From NCBI GenBank assembly GCA_964430505.1, contig CAYSGH010000011.1, positions 1,589 through 65,588 of the forward strand: 64,000 bases of DNA, read 5' to 3'. Positions 19,091-28,922 of this stretch are shown here, piece by piece. A program made the position numbers and the translations under genes. The notes under the pieces are model-generated. The model was not told the origin of the DNA. It searched no databases and was given only the letters and a program-made list of their open reading frames with translations. Positions within the stretch are counted from its first letter, which is position 1. Every line of letters begins with the position of its first letter. This DNA comes from an uncultured Akkermansia sp. GTDB lineage: Bacteria > Verrucomicrobiota > Verrucomicrobiia > Limisphaerales > UBA9464.

Positions 19091-19882
19091 CTAGAAGCTT
19101 GTGTCACTCTTCCGTATGTCCAGTTCCTGAATCCAGATGTTGCGATAGCGCACGTCGTGTCCCTCGGCCTGAAGCTTGATGCCGCCGGGGGTGTCGGTGA
19201 TGCCCTTGCCACCGTCGTTGCCGCCGTCGATCCCCGACTTGGGGCCGCCCCAGACCTGGTGGATGGCGACGTTCTCGTGGACCTTCACCCCGTTGAAATA
19301 GACGGTCGCCAATGCCTTCTCCGTCCGCTTGCCGTCCGTGAATCGCGCGGCACGGAACTGGACGTCGTAGGCATTCCAGGCGCCCACGCCCTTGTAGGCG
19401 TGATACGGGGACGGCGTCTCGTTGATGATCGCGCCCATGCCATGCGAGGTCTTGTCGCCGTCCAGCACCTGGATCTCGTAGCGGTTCTGGAGATAGACGC
19501 CCGAGTTGCCGCCCGGCTTGGCCACGAGGAATTCCACGTGCAGGCGGAAGTCCCGGAATTCCTTCTGGGTCACGATGTCCGCCGCGCCGTAGCGGCCCCC
19601 TTCCGCCGCCGGGTCGAAGGTCATGATGGCCCTCCCGCCATCCACGGGGTCCTCCACTTCCTTCCACCGGATGGGCAGGGCGGAGGCAAAGCCGGGCCCC
19701 TGCCAGTACGTCCAGTTGGCATTGAGGGACGCCTGCGTGCCATCGAGCAGGAGCAGGGCACCCTTCGGAGGCTTGGCTCCCACGCCCACGCCCGGGGGCG
19801 CATCGGCGGCGAGCAGCGCGCAGGATGTGACGGCAAGGGAGGCCAGGGCGGCGAGGCCCCTGGAACGAAGCGTGGCGGACAT
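19091..19882 (-). CDS. DUF1080 (3-keto-disaccharide hydrolase-like) secreted protein
   Basis: ATG at 19882 (MSATLRSRGLAALASLAVTSCALLAA signal) inside the 707-aa composite ORF. FRDFRLHVEFLVAKPGGNSGVYLQNRYEIQVLD and GIKLQAEGHDVRYRNIWIQEL are typical DUF1080 motifs. Confidence 0.8.
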   Translation of the reverse strand: MSATLRSRGLAALASLAVTSCALLAADAPPGVGVGAKPPKGALLLLDGTQASLNANWTYWQGPGFASALPIRWKEVEDPVDGGRAIMTFDPAAEGGRYGAADIVTQKEFRDFRLHVEFLVAKPGGNSGVYLQNRYEIQVLDGDKTSHGMGAIINETPSPYHAYKGVGAWNAYDVQFRAARFTDGKRTEKALATVYFNGVKVHENVAIHQVWGGPKSGIDGGNDGGKGITDTPGGIKLQAEGHDVRYRNIWIQELDIRKSDTSF

Positions 19883-20199
19883 GCCCAAACACTGGGCAAG
19901 ACCCTGTCGCGCTGGCAACCCGTTAGCCGCCCTTGCGGCGACGTCTGGCCGTCGTCGAACCGGCCGCTGGAAGGAATGGCAGCCGTGCCTGCTTGGCCGG
20001 GGAAGAAGTCCATCCCCAACGAGTCGTGAGCGACAGCATGGAGGGAGGGAGCGGATGGCGGCCCTTTTGGGCGATTTCGAGAAGGCCCCGGGACCTGTTG
20101 TCCGTCCGTCATCAACGACCGCGGGTCGGCGCCGTTCTCGCGCCTCACCCCGGTGCTTTCTGGCAGCCAAGGAACGACGGCCCGGTGGGATGCGTGACG

Positions 20200-21489
20200 C
20201 TAGGGTGCTGGGGATGTGCGCGGGCGTCGCAGGAGGGAGCGGAGGGCGGTGGCGGGATCGTCCACGACGGCGCGGTCCACGACCAGCTCGCGCACGCGCG
20301 AGGAGGGGAGCTCGAACTTGAAGTCCCGCAGGATGCGCTCGCACACGGTCATCAGGCCGCGAGCGCCCGTGTTTTCCGACGCCGCGAGCTCGGCGATGCG
20401 GCGGAGGCCGGGCTCGCGAAACCGGACGACGATGCCGTAGGCCCGGAAGGCCCGCTCGTATTGGTGCAAGAGGCTGCTCTCGCTGTCGCGCATGACATGG
20501 AAGAGGTCCCCGGCGTCCAGCGCGCGACACGACACCCGCACCGGCAGGCGTCCGATGAACTCGGGCTCGAAGCCGTAGTCGATGAAGTCCCGCGTGGAGG
20601 CCTGCTCGGCGAGGGCCGCGCCGGGGCTGTCCGAGGCGGGGTTGGGCGCGCCGTCCGCAGATGTGCCGGTTTGCTTCACGGCAGTGGCTGCGGCCTTGCG
20701 CAGGCGTTGGCGCACGACCTCGTCGAGTCCTGCGAAGGCCCCGCTGGCGATGAACAGGATGTGCCGCGTGTTGATGGTTTGGTCGCGGCCGCGCGGCCCG
20801 GGCGACGACGCGGCCTCGCCGGGGGGCTGCACGGGCACGTCCGCGTCCTCCATGAGCTTCAGGAGGTTGGTTTGGACGCCGCGTCCGCTGACGTCCCGGG
20901 TGCCGGCCTCGCGGGACGCGATCTTGTCGATTTCGTCGAGATAAACGATGCCCTGCGACGCCCGCTCGAGGTCGCCGTTCGCCTTTCGGATCAGGTCGCG
21001 CACCAGCTCCTCGACGTCGCCGCCCACATAGCCCGTCTCGGAGAACTTCGTCGCGTCTGCCTTCACGAAGGGCACGCCGATGAGCTCGGCGGCGGAGCGG
21101 ATGAGGTGGGTCTTGCCGACGCCGGTGGGGCCGAGGATGAGGACGTTTTGCTTGACGTAATGGGGCGCGACGTCGCCCTCGCGGGTGAGGCGCACGTGCT
21201 GGAAGTGGTCGCACAACGCGACGCTCAGGACCTTCTTGGCCTCGTCCTGTCGGACGACAAAGCGGTCGAGGTGTCGGCGGATGTCGCGGGGCTTGAGCCG
21301 GAACGCGAAGGATTCCCGGGCGGGCTTGGGCTTGGAAACCTGGAGGAGCGGATCGTTGGCGGGCGACTGGACGGGGCGGGGCGTTTCTCGGGCCGGCGCC
21401 TTGTCCCGATCCCGGGGCGTGCGGCCCGCAGGGCGCGACAAGTCAAATCCAAGGGCCACGGGGCCGCCACCGCGAACGTTCGATGCCAT
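20200..21489 (-). CDS. ClpX-like AAA+ ATPase without zinc-binding N-domain or IGF loop
   Basis: ATG at 21489. It has Walker A ILGPTGVGKTHL, pore loop SETGYVGGDVE, Walker B IVYLDEIDKI, RDVSGRGVQTNLLKLMED and EFIGRLPV...TGARGL. The N-terminal 70 aa are Cys-free and basic/Pro-rich. Confidence 0.8.
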   Translation of the reverse strand: MASNVRGGGPVALGFDLSRPAGRTPRDRDKAPARETPRPVQSPANDPLLQVSKPKPARESFAFRLKPRDIRRHLDRFVVRQDEAKKVLSVALCDHFQHVRLTREGDVAPHYVKQNVLILGPTGVGKTHLIRSAAELIGVPFVKADATKFSETGYVGGDVEELVRDLIRKANGDLERASQGIVYLDEIDKIASREAGTRDVSGRGVQTNLLKLMEDADVPVQPPGEAASSPGPRGRDQTINTRHILFIASGAFAGLDEVVRQRLRKAAATAVKQTGTSADGAPNPASDSPGAALAEQASTRDFIDYGFEPEFIGRLPVRVSCRALDAGDLFHVMRDSESSLLHQYERAFRAYGIVVRFREPGLRRIAELAASENTGARGLMTVCERILRDFKFELPSSRVRELVVDRAVVDDPATALRSLLRRPRTSPAP

Positions 21490-21595
21490 TCGGGGGCAGG
21501 GTATCCCGCTTCCGCAAAATCTCATGCGACTTCTTGCCGTGGCGCCGTCCCGGTCTGGCGGTGGTCGGGCGCCTCCGTGCGTCGCGGGCGGATGA

Positions 21596-22168
21596 TCAGT
21601 CCCCGGCTGCGGCGCGTGGAGGGTGTTGGGCCAGGAAGAGGCGGGCTGAGGCCCACGCGATGGCGGCCTGCCATGGGACGTAGAGGATGAGGAGTCGCCA
21701 TGGGGTGGCGTCAAATGCCACGACCGCCGGGGCGAGCAAGGATCCGCCGAGGGACCCGAGGGCCACGATGAGTGCGGCGTGCCGCAGGGCGCGGGGCGGG
21801 AGGAACAAGACCGTGGAGGCCGCGGCCAGCAGCGTGGAGCCCAGGGCACCCGCCAGGATCCCGTCGGTCCATGCCAGGCCAGGCTTGGCGAGACGAGCAG
21901 CAAGGTCGTAGGCGAGGTGATGGGCGACCGTGGAGGACACGACGTAGCAGGCGATGCGCCATGCGGGACGGGGTCTAGAGAGGTGGAGGAGGCCGCCGAG
22001 GACGACTCCGAAGACGAGGCCCGGCGTGATGGGGAACATCCAATCGGGCAGGTTTGGGACGAGGGATGAGACGGCCATCAGGATGGAGATGGACGCGGTT
22101 CCGGCGACGGCCCCTGCGGCCAGCCAGGCAACGGGGCGGCGCGACCAGGCGTGCGGGGCAGGGTGCAT
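21596..22168 (-). CDS. Hypothetical polytopic membrane protein
   Basis: 190 aa with about 5 hydrophobic helices (WLAAGAVAGTASISILMAV, GLVFGVVLGGLL, ILAGALGSTLLAAAS, ...). I recognise no family. Confidence 0.5.
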   Translation of the reverse strand: MHPAPHAWSRRPVAWLAAGAVAGTASISILMAVSSLVPNLPDWMFPITPGLVFGVVLGGLLHLSRPRPAWRIACYVVSSTVAHHLAYDLAARLAKPGLAWTDGILAGALGSTLLAAASTVLFLPPRALRHAALIVALGSLGGSLLAPAVVAFDATPWRLLILYVPWQAAIAWASARLFLAQHPPRAAAGD

Positions 22169-22277
22169 GGATCGAGTGGGCCATGGGGCCGGAAGCGTGG
22201 CAAGCGACCTGGGGGATTGGACTGCCTGCGGGAAGCAAGGTTGCGTCCGGGGTGGGTGCCCGTAGTCTGCCGCCCGG

Positions 22278-22940
22278 ATGTTGGGAAGGCTGAAGGAAGC
22301 GTTGCCGGCGGTGTTTCTGGTGTTGCTGGCGTTGATGCGTTGGCCGGGCTTGTTGCCGGAGAACCTGAGCGCGGTGTACGGGCTGGTTTTCTGTGCCGGG
22401 GCGTTCCTGCGCTCCCCGCGTTGGGTGGGGGCGACGTTTGGGGTGTTGCTGGCGAGCGACGTGTTGTTGCTGTGTCATTACCGGTTCAACCAGGGCCTGG
22501 ATGTGTTGGGGGCGGCGTCGGTGGTGTACCTGGCCATGAACTACGTGGGTTACGGTGTGATCTTGGCGTTGGGCCGGCGGTTTTCGGCAAGGTCGCGCTG
22601 GCTGGCGTTGGTGGCGGGCGGCGTGGTGGGCGCGTTGCTGTTCTACGTGGTGACCAACACGGCGGCATGGTTTTTCAACCCGTTTCGCAACCCCGAGTAC
22701 ACGCGCACGTGGGCGGGCTGGATCACCGCGTTGACGAAGGGAACGGGCGGATATCCGGAGACATGGACGTTCTTCAGGAACACGCTGCTGGGTGGCGGGC
22801 TGTTCACGGGGTTATTCAGCGGGGTTTGGAAGTGGTCCGGATCGGAGTCTCCGCAGGAGAAGGGCGAGGGCGAACGGGCGGCCGCGCCGGCTTCCGAGCC
22901 ACCAGGGGAGGGTGCGGAGCCCGGGGAAGCCCATGCATGA
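22278..22940 (+). CDS. Hypothetical polytopic membrane protein (possibly DUF6580-type putative transporter)
   Basis: ATG at 22278. Several TM helices and the stretch FYVVTNTAAWFFNPFRNPEYTRTWAGWITALTKG. The stop overlaps the ung start (ATGA at 22937-22940). Confidence 0.5.
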   Translation: MLGRLKEALPAVFLVLLALMRWPGLLPENLSAVYGLVFCAGAFLRSPRWVGATFGVLLASDVLLLCHYRFNQGLDVLGAASVVYLAMNYVGYGVILALGRRFSARSRWLALVAGGVVGALLFYVVTNTAAWFFNPFRNPEYTRTWAGWITALTKGTGGYPETWTFFRNTLLGGGLFTGLFSGVWKWSGSESPQEKGEGERAAAPASEPPGEGAEPGEAHA

Positions 22941-23656
22941 TGCTGGCGCTGCCGGGTGCATGGGGCGAGGGGGTGCGGCTCCCGGACGGTTGTCTGGAAC
23001 GGATCGGGGAGCATTTGGAGGCCGAGCGAGCGGCGGGCCATGAGGTGTTGCCAGGGCCGGGACGGTTCTTTCGCGCGTTGGAATGCGTGGAGCCAGCGCG
23101 GGTTCAAGCCGTGATCCTGGGACAGGACCCCTACCCCACGCCCGGCCATGCGGAGGGCCTCAGCTTTTCGGTGGCGCCCGGCGTGCGGCCTTTTCCCGGT
23201 TCGCTTCGGAACATCCTTCGGGAGTGGTCGGCGGACCTGGGATTTTCCATTCCGAGGGAAGGCAGCCTGATGCCGTGGGCGCGCGCGGGCGTGTTGATGC
23301 TCAACACGGTGTTGTCCGTGCGTGCGGGTGAAGCGGGTTCGCACCGGGCAAAGGGTTGGGAACCGGTGACGGAGGCGATCCTGAGGAGGGTGGCGTCGAG
23401 CCCGGCGCGCGTGGTTTTCCTGTTATGGGGCAACGATGCGCGACGCCATGCCGGTTGGCTTTCGGAGGGGCCGCACGCCGTGTTGGAATCGGGGCATCCG
23501 TCACCGTTGTCGGCGCGGTTGTTTTTGGGTTGCCGATGTTTTTCCAAGGCCAACCGGTTGTTGATGGAGGCGGGACGAGAGCCAGTGGATTGGCGGTTGG
23601 AGATGGGGCGCGAGACGGAGCTTGCGCCGGGTTTGGGGTCGGGCGACCGAGGTTGA
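22937..23656 (+). CDS. ung: Uracil-DNA glycosylase (family 1)
   Basis: ATG at 22937 within ORF 22151..23656. It contains VILGQDPYPTPGHAEGLSFSV, GVLMLNTVLSVRAG, LLWGNDA and HPSPLSA motifs. Confidence 0.85.
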   Translation: MMLALPGAWGEGVRLPDGCLERIGEHLEAERAAGHEVLPGPGRFFRALECVEPARVQAVILGQDPYPTPGHAEGLSFSVAPGVRPFPGSLRNILREWSADLGFSIPREGSLMPWARAGVLMLNTVLSVRAGEAGSHRAKGWEPVTEAILRRVASSPARVVFLLWGNDARRHAGWLSEGPHAVLESGHPSPLSARLFLGCRCFSKANRLLMEAGREPVDWRLEMGRETELAPGLGSGDRG

Positions 23657-23679
23657 AGGGCGTGGGCGTGGGCCCCGGT

Positions 23680-24075
23680 GTCCCGGAGGGGCTGTAAGCC
23701 GAATTCTGTCTACCCCGCCGAGGCGGGGGAGAGGGTCATTTGTCTGAGCGGCCGATACCCGGCGCCCGCCCGCCGAAGCGGGCCTGGAACGGGCCGTTCC
23801 AAGGCGCCCTATTTGGCCTTGCTCCCGGGGAGGTTTTCCGTGCCCCGGCGCTTACGCGACGGGCGGTGGGCTTTTACCCCGCCTTTTCACCCTTGCCGCA
23901 GCCCTTGCGGGCCCCGGCGGTTTGTTTTCTGTGGCACTGTCTGTCGTGGTGCGCTTTCGCGCCCCGCTCCCGCGTGTATCCCTGGCCGTGCCAAGGTTAC
24001 GCGGCCCCGAGCCCTGTGGAGTTCGGACTTTCCTCCCGCAGCAATGCCGCGAGCGACCCTCCGCCCCTCCGGAAC
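23680..24075 (-). ncRNA. rnpB: RNase P RNA, bacterial type A
   Basis: The reverse complement reads ...CCGGAGGGGCGGAGGGUC...GGGAGGAAAGUCCGAACUCCACAGGGC...ACAGAAAACAAACCGCC...GGCAAGGGUGAAAAGGCGGGGUAAAAGCCCACC...GGAGCAAGGCCAAAUAGGG...GACCCUCUCC...AGACAGAAUUCGGCUUACAGCCCCUCCGG. A P1 helix of 10 perfect bp forms between 24063-24072 and 23683-23692. The P4 and J-region universals are all present. Confidence 0.92.
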
Positions 24076-24336
24076 GAGGGAAAGCCTACCGGGTTCGCCT
24101 CGTCGCCCAAGCGGATTCTCGCGCAGGATCTGTATCTTCGACGTCGTCGGAAACGTCCTGGGAATGGTCCTTGACGTTGTTGGGCGGAAATTCATAGCGT
24201 TGAGCAATAAGACAGCTTCCCGGGTCGGCCTTGGGGTCGACCAGCAAAAGTCGGAGGTGAAAACACCCGGCTTTTTTTTGTCGGCATTTGGGAAGCCACT
24301 TGGGCGCGAAGACGGGCACGGCTGGATGGCTGGGTT

Positions 24337-25635
24337 ATGAATGCGGAATTGATCGCCGTTCTTGAGTTGTGGGAGAAGGAAAAGGGAATCTCCAAGGATT
24401 ACCTGCTTACCTCGATTCAGGAGGCCTTGGTGGCGGCGGCCAAGAAGTCGGTAGGGCCTGCGCGCCAATTGCGGGTCCACGTGGATCCCAAGACCGGAGC
24501 GACCCGGGCGTGGGCCACCTTGATGGTCACCGAGCGCGTGCTGTCCCGCCACGACCAGATTTCCGTTTACGACGCCCGTCGGTCAGGCCATCCGGAGGCC
24601 AAGGTCGGTGACGAGGTGGAGGTGGAAGTCACCCCGAGGGACTTCGGTCGCATCGCCGCTCAGAGCGCCAAGCACACCCTGCTGGAGCTTCTTCGCAAGC
24701 AGGAGCGGGGCGTCATCCTCGAGGAATTCAAGGACCGGGTGGGCGAGATCGTGCCCGGCACGGTGCGACGCTTTGAGCGCTCGGACGTGATCGTCGAAAT
24801 CGGAAAGGCCGAGGCGATCATGTACAACCGGGAGCGCGTCCCCACGGAGGAATACCAGATCGGCGACCGCGTCCGATGCCGCATCCAATCCGTCAAGGAC
24901 ACGCCGCGTGGGCCGGAGATCTCCTTGTCCCGTGCCGCGCCGGAGTTCGTCATGGAGCTTTTCAGGCTCGAGGTCAGCGAGATTGCCGACCGCACGATCG
25001 AGGTGAAGGCCATTGCACGCGACCCCGGCTTCCGCACAAAAATGGCCGTGTTCAGCCGTGACCCTAAGGTGGACCCCGTCGGGGCCTGCGTTGGACTTCG
25101 CGGCCAACGGGTCAAGAACATCGTCCGTGAACTCAACGGCGAGAAGGTGGACATCATTCCTTGGTCGCCCGACATCCGGCAGTTTGTCACCGAGGCGCTG
25201 AAGCCGGCGCGGCCCCGCAGCATCGTGATCGACGAGGTGAACCGCCGCGTCATCGCCTACTGCCCTGCCGACCAAGTCTATCTCGCGGCAGGGAGGAAGG
25301 GTCAGAACGCCATCTTGACCCAGCGGCTCACGGGATGGCAGATCTCGATCCAGCAAGAGGCGCAGCCGTCGAATCCCTTCGAGGCCCAGGTCCAGCATGC
25401 CGTGGACGAACTGGCCCAGGTGCCCGGCATCAGTGCCCTGCAGGCCCGAAGCATCGTGAACGGCGGCTTCCACACCTTGGATGAACTCGCGGCCGCCGAC
25501 ATCGGCGACATCGAGGCCATTCCGGGAATTGGGCCCTCTGCTGCCACCATCTTGGAGGCGGCACGCGGTGAATTGGCCCGGCGCACCACTCTTCCGTCCA
25601 CCGACGCCCAACCTGCCCCCCAAGGCCCCATCTAG
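24337..25635 (+). CDS. nusA: Transcription termination/antitermination factor NusA
   Basis: N-terminus MNAELIAVLELWEKEKGISKDYLLTSIQEAL. It has an S1 segment (GEIVPGTVRRFERSDVIVEIG), KH segments (DPVGACVGLRGQRVKNIVRELNGEKVDII) and a C-terminal HhH region. Confidence 0.95.
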   Translation: MNAELIAVLELWEKEKGISKDYLLTSIQEALVAAAKKSVGPARQLRVHVDPKTGATRAWATLMVTERVLSRHDQISVYDARRSGHPEAKVGDEVEVEVTPRDFGRIAAQSAKHTLLELLRKQERGVILEEFKDRVGEIVPGTVRRFERSDVIVEIGKAEAIMYNRERVPTEEYQIGDRVRCRIQSVKDTPRGPEISLSRAAPEFVMELFRLEVSEIADRTIEVKAIARDPGFRTKMAVFSRDPKVDPVGACVGLRGQRVKNIVRELNGEKVDIIPWSPDIRQFVTEALKPARPRSIVIDEVNRRVIAYCPADQVYLAAGRKGQNAILTQRLTGWQISIQQEAQPSNPFEAQVQHAVDELAQVPGISALQARSIVNGGFHTLDELAAADIGDIEAIPGIGPSAATILEAARGELARRTTLPSTDAQPAPQGPI

Positions 25636-25668
25636 CCCCCCAACCAGCCTGGCTGCCCTCCAACCTGT

Positions 25669-28464
25669 ATGCCCGTCCGGATTTACGACATCGCCAAGAA
25701 GCTCAACATCGAGAGCAAGTTCGTGCTCGCGAAGGCGAAGGAACTGGGCATCTCTGCTGCCAAGGTCCCGTCCAGCTCGCTCGACAAGATCACCGCCGAG
25801 TATCTCGAGCAGCAGATGACCCACCTCGCGTCGCCGACCCCGGCGCCCCCACCGGCCGCAGAGCCGATGCCCGTCGTCATTATCCCTGCCCCGGAACCGC
25901 CCTCCGCGCCCGCCGAGGAATCGGCTGCGGAGTCCGAGTCGGCTACCCCAGACTTTCTTGTCCAAGCGGTTGCCGAGGTTCCGGACTCCCCGGTGTTGCC
26001 CGTTCCGTTGGCCCCCGAAAGGCGTGCGGCAGAGCCGCCGCCTGCTCCCATCGAGTCCGCGCCTGCGCCCGCTCCTGCGCCTGCGCTCCCTGTGGACGAG
26101 GTTTCCCCCGCGTCCGGCAACGCCCCGGTGGCTGCTCCGGCAGAGCTGCCCACCCCGGCCCTTGCAGCGTCCGTCCCGGCTACTCCCATCCCCCACCCGC
26201 AGGTCACGCCACCTCCGGCAGCGGCCCTTGCAGCCCCCGCTTCCGCGCCTACTCCGACGCCGGTACCGTCGCCCGTGCCCATTGCGGCACCGCCTGCGCC
26301 GCCCAAGCCGCAATTGGGCGAAAAGATTGGCTCCATTGACCTTTCCAAGCTGGGGTATCGTCGCCCGGGGCAGGACGCCCGCAGCGGGCGTGATGATCGC
26401 GGCCCGGCCGCTCCCGGTGCGCGCGGTCCGGCCCAAGGGCCACCCGGTGCAAGGCCTGGTCCAGCTCAGGGACCCGGCCAAGGCGGGAGGCCTGGCGCTC
26501 CCTACCCGAGCCGCGGACCCGGCCAAGGCGGTCCGGGTCGCATGGACCGTCCCGGTTCTTGGAGGGGCGGCCCGGGTGCTCAGGGAGGCCCCGGTCAAAA
26601 TCGTCCTGGTGCCGGACCCCAGAGGCCCGCAGCGCCACCCAAGCCACAACTCTCGGCAGACGCCCCTGTCATCCAGCTTCGCCCGCCCATTGTGGTTCGG
26701 GACCTTGCCGAGAAGATGGGACGGCGTCCTTTCCAGCTCATCGCGGACCTCATGCAGATGGGCGTCTTCGCCACGGTCACTCAAACGATCGACGCCGAGG
26801 TTGCGGCCAAGATTTGCTTCAAGAACGGGTTCAAGTTCGAGACCGAGAAGCGCGACAAGGCCGCCCACGTGGTCAACGTGCCGCGCGAGCAAAAGGTTGA
26901 GTTGGACCAGGACGATGCCGCCGACCAGCTCAAGGCTCGCCCTCCGGTGGTCACCATCATGGGCCACGTGGACCATGGGAAAACCTCCCTCCTCGACGTG
27001 ATCCGCAAGGCCAATGTCGTGGCGGGCGAGGCCGGTGGCATTACCCAGCACATTGGCGCCTACACCATCTCCTACCCGCATCCCGAGCGGCGCGAGGAGA
27101 TCATGCAGCTGACGTTCCTGGACACCCCGGGCCACGCTGCCTTCAGCGCCATGCGGGCACGCGGCGCAAACGTCACCGACATCGTCGTGCTCGTCGTGGC
27201 TGCCAATGACGGCGTCATGCCCCAGACCCTCGAGGCCTTGTCCCATGCCCAGGCCGCCAAGGTCCCCATCATCGTCGCCATCAACAAGTGCGACCACCCC
27301 AACGCCAACCCGATGCGGGTGAAGCAACAGCTTCAGGACAAGGGCCTCGTGCCCGACGACTGGGGCGGTGACACCCTCTACGTCGAGTGCTCCGCCCTCA
27401 CCAAGCAGGGCGTGGAGCGCCTCATCGAGAGCATCTTGCTCCAGGCGGAGCTGATGGAGCTGAAGGCCAATCCCAACCGCAAGGCCAAGGGCAATGTCAT
27501 CGAGTCAGGCGTCGAGCCCGGAGGCCCCGTCGCCACCGTCCTCGTCCGCAAGGGCACCCTGCGCCTCGGCGACGTGGTCCTCTGTGGCCATCACTACGGC
27601 CGCGTCCGGGCCATGATGAACGAGGACGGCCAACGCCTGAAGGAGGCCGGGCCCTCCCACGCCGTGCGCCTCCTCGGCCTTAACGGCGTCCCCGAGGCCG
27701 GGTTCGAGTTCTCCGCCGTGGACAACGAGAAGGCCGCGCGCGAGCTCGCCGAGCAACGCGAGGAGGATCGCAAGAAGTCCGACCTCGAAGGCCTTCGCCC
27801 CCGCCGCCAAACCCTCGAGGATATCTTCACGAACATCGACCAGATGACCGCGAAGATCCTCAAGGTCATCGTCAAGGCCGACACCCAGGGTTCCGTCGAG
27901 GCCATCTGCGAGGCCCTGCGCAAGATCGAGACCACCAAGGTCCAGCTTGAGATCGTCCATTCCGCCGTCGGCGCCATCTCCGAGGGCGACGTGCTCCTCG
28001 CATCCTCCGCCGACGCCGTCATCCTCGGGTTCCACACGCGCGTGGACTCCAGCGCGGCGGAGACCGCCAAGCGCGAGGGCGTCCAGATCAAGCTTTACGC
28101 CATCATCTACGAGCTCATTGACCAGGTGAAGGAAGCCATGGCGGGCCTTCTCGACCCCCTCCTCAAGGAGGTTGTGGTGGGCCAGGCCGAGGTTCGGAAG
28201 GTGTTCGAGCTGTCCAAGGGCGGGAAGGTTGCTGGCTGCATCGTCTCCTCCGGCCGGCTCATCCGTGGCAAGATGCGCGTCCGCCGCCGCTCCAACCTCA
28301 TTTACGAGGGGGTTTCCCTCACCCTCAAGCGCTTCCAAGACGAGGTCCCCGAGGTGCGTTCCGGCTTCGAGTGCGGTGTCCGCCTGGATGGCTTTGATGA
28401 TTTCCAGGAGGGTGACATCATCGAGTGCTACGCCGTCGAGAAGGTCGTCCAGAAGCTCACCTAG
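25669..28464 (+). CDS. infB: Translation initiation factor IF-2
   Basis: N-terminus [28 protein letters not shown], followed by a long Pro/Ala/Gly-rich linker. The G domain carries [25 protein letters not shown] and NKCD. The C-terminus is conserved. Confidence 0.97.
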   Translation: MPVRIYDIAKKLNIESKFVLAKAKELGISAAKVPSSSLDKITAEYLEQQMTHLASPTPAPPPAAEPMPVVIIPAPEPPSAPAEESAAESESATPDFLVQAVAEVPDSPVLPVPLAPERRAAEPPPAPIESAPAPAPAPALPVDEVSPASGNAPVAAPAELPTPALAASVPATPIPHPQVTPPPAAALAAPASAPTPTPVPSPVPIAAPPAPPKPQLGEKIGSIDLSKLGYRRPGQDARSGRDDRGPAAPGARGPAQGPPGARPGPAQGPGQGGRPGAPYPSRGPGQGGPGRMDRPGSWRGGPGAQGGPGQNRPGAGPQRPAAPPKPQLSADAPVIQLRPPIVVRDLAEKMGRRPFQLIADLMQMGVFATVTQTIDAEVAAKICFKNGFKFETEKRDKAAHVVNVPREQKVELDQDDAADQLKARPPVVTIMGHVDHGKTSLLDVIRKANVVAGEAGGITQHIGAYTISYPHPERREEIMQLTFLDTPGHAAFSAMRARGANVTDIVVLVVAANDGVMPQTLEALSHAQAAKVPIIVAINKCDHPNANPMRVKQQLQDKGLVPDDWGGDTLYVECSALTKQGVERLIESILLQAELMELKANPNRKAKGNVIESGVEPGGPVATVLVRKGTLRLGDVVLCGHHYGRVRAMMNEDGQRLKEAGPSHAVRLLGLNGVPEAGFEFSAVDNEKAARELAEQREEDRKKSDLEGLRPRRQTLEDIFTNIDQMTAKILKVIVKADTQGSVEAICEALRKIETTKVQLEIVHSAVGAISEGDVLLASSADAVILGFHTRVDSSAAETAKREGVQIKLYAIIYELIDQVKEAMAGLLDPLLKEVVVGQAEVRKVFELSKGGKVAGCIVSSGRLIRGKMRVRRRSNLIYEGVSLTLKRFQDEVPEVRSGFECGVRLDGFDDFQEGDIIECYAVEKVVQKLT

Positions 28465-28517
28465 CGCTTCGCCTTGCCCGACCCCGCCACGCTCGGCCTC
28501 GTCCCGGTCGCCCGCCC

Positions 28518-28904
28518 ATGAACGCGCCCCAGCCCCCCAGCCGACGCCTGCAACGCGTCGCCGAGCTTGTCCGGCGCGAGCTGTCCGAGATCATCCGTCG
28601 TGACCTCGCCGTGGACGAGGTAGGGCTGCTGACGGTCAATGACGTCGTCGTTGCCCCGGACCTTCGCACGGCCACCGCCTTCGTCGGCTTCGTGGGCACC
28701 AAGTCCCAGCGCGCCGCCGCCCCGGAGCGACTGGAGGCGCGGTCCGCCCGCATCCAGCAACTCCTCGGATCCGGGCTTCGCCTCAAGTGGATCCCCGTCG
28801 TGCGATTCGTCCTGGACGACTCCATCGAACGCGGCAACCGCGTTCTGGCCATCCTGGACGAAATCGAGACCAAGGATGCCCGGCCGTCCCCTCCCTCCGC
28901 CTAG
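28518..28904 (+). CDS. rbfA: Ribosome-binding factor A
   Basis: ATG at 28518. RRLQRVAELVRRELSEIIRRDL...LLTVNDVVVAPDLRTATAFV...LRLKWIPVVRFVLDDSIERGNRV. Confidence 0.9.
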   Translation: MNAPQPPSRRLQRVAELVRRELSEIIRRDLAVDEVGLLTVNDVVVAPDLRTATAFVGFVGTKSQRAAAPERLEARSARIQQLLGSGLRLKWIPVVRFVLDDSIERGNRVLAILDEIETKDARPSPPSA

Positions 28905-28922
28905 CACGGCGGCCATTCCCCG

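Noticed and set aside
19883-21214. The N-terminal 444 aa of ORF 19091..21214(-), and the upstream parts of ORFs 20200..21903, 22151..23656, 32496..33584 and 34247..35539.
   Set aside because: These upstream extensions are Arg/Pro-rich read-through of neighbouring genes in another frame. Internal ATGs that give signal peptides or conserved N-termini were preferred.
24221-24279. The T8 run at 24272-24279, considered as an intrinsic terminator or sRNA 3' end.
   Set aside because: No strong GC stem immediately precedes the T-run. There is only a 6-bp long-range CCGGGT/ACCCGG pairing, and no upstream plus-strand gene needs terminating there because rnpB is on the other strand. It is more likely promoter or UP-element-like sequence for nusA.
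25840-26650. The repetitive Pro/Ala/Gly-rich stretch, which looked like a repeat array or a separate low-complexity gene.
   Set aside because: It is in frame within infB, between the conserved N-terminal domain and the G domain. Such variable linkers are normal for IF-2.
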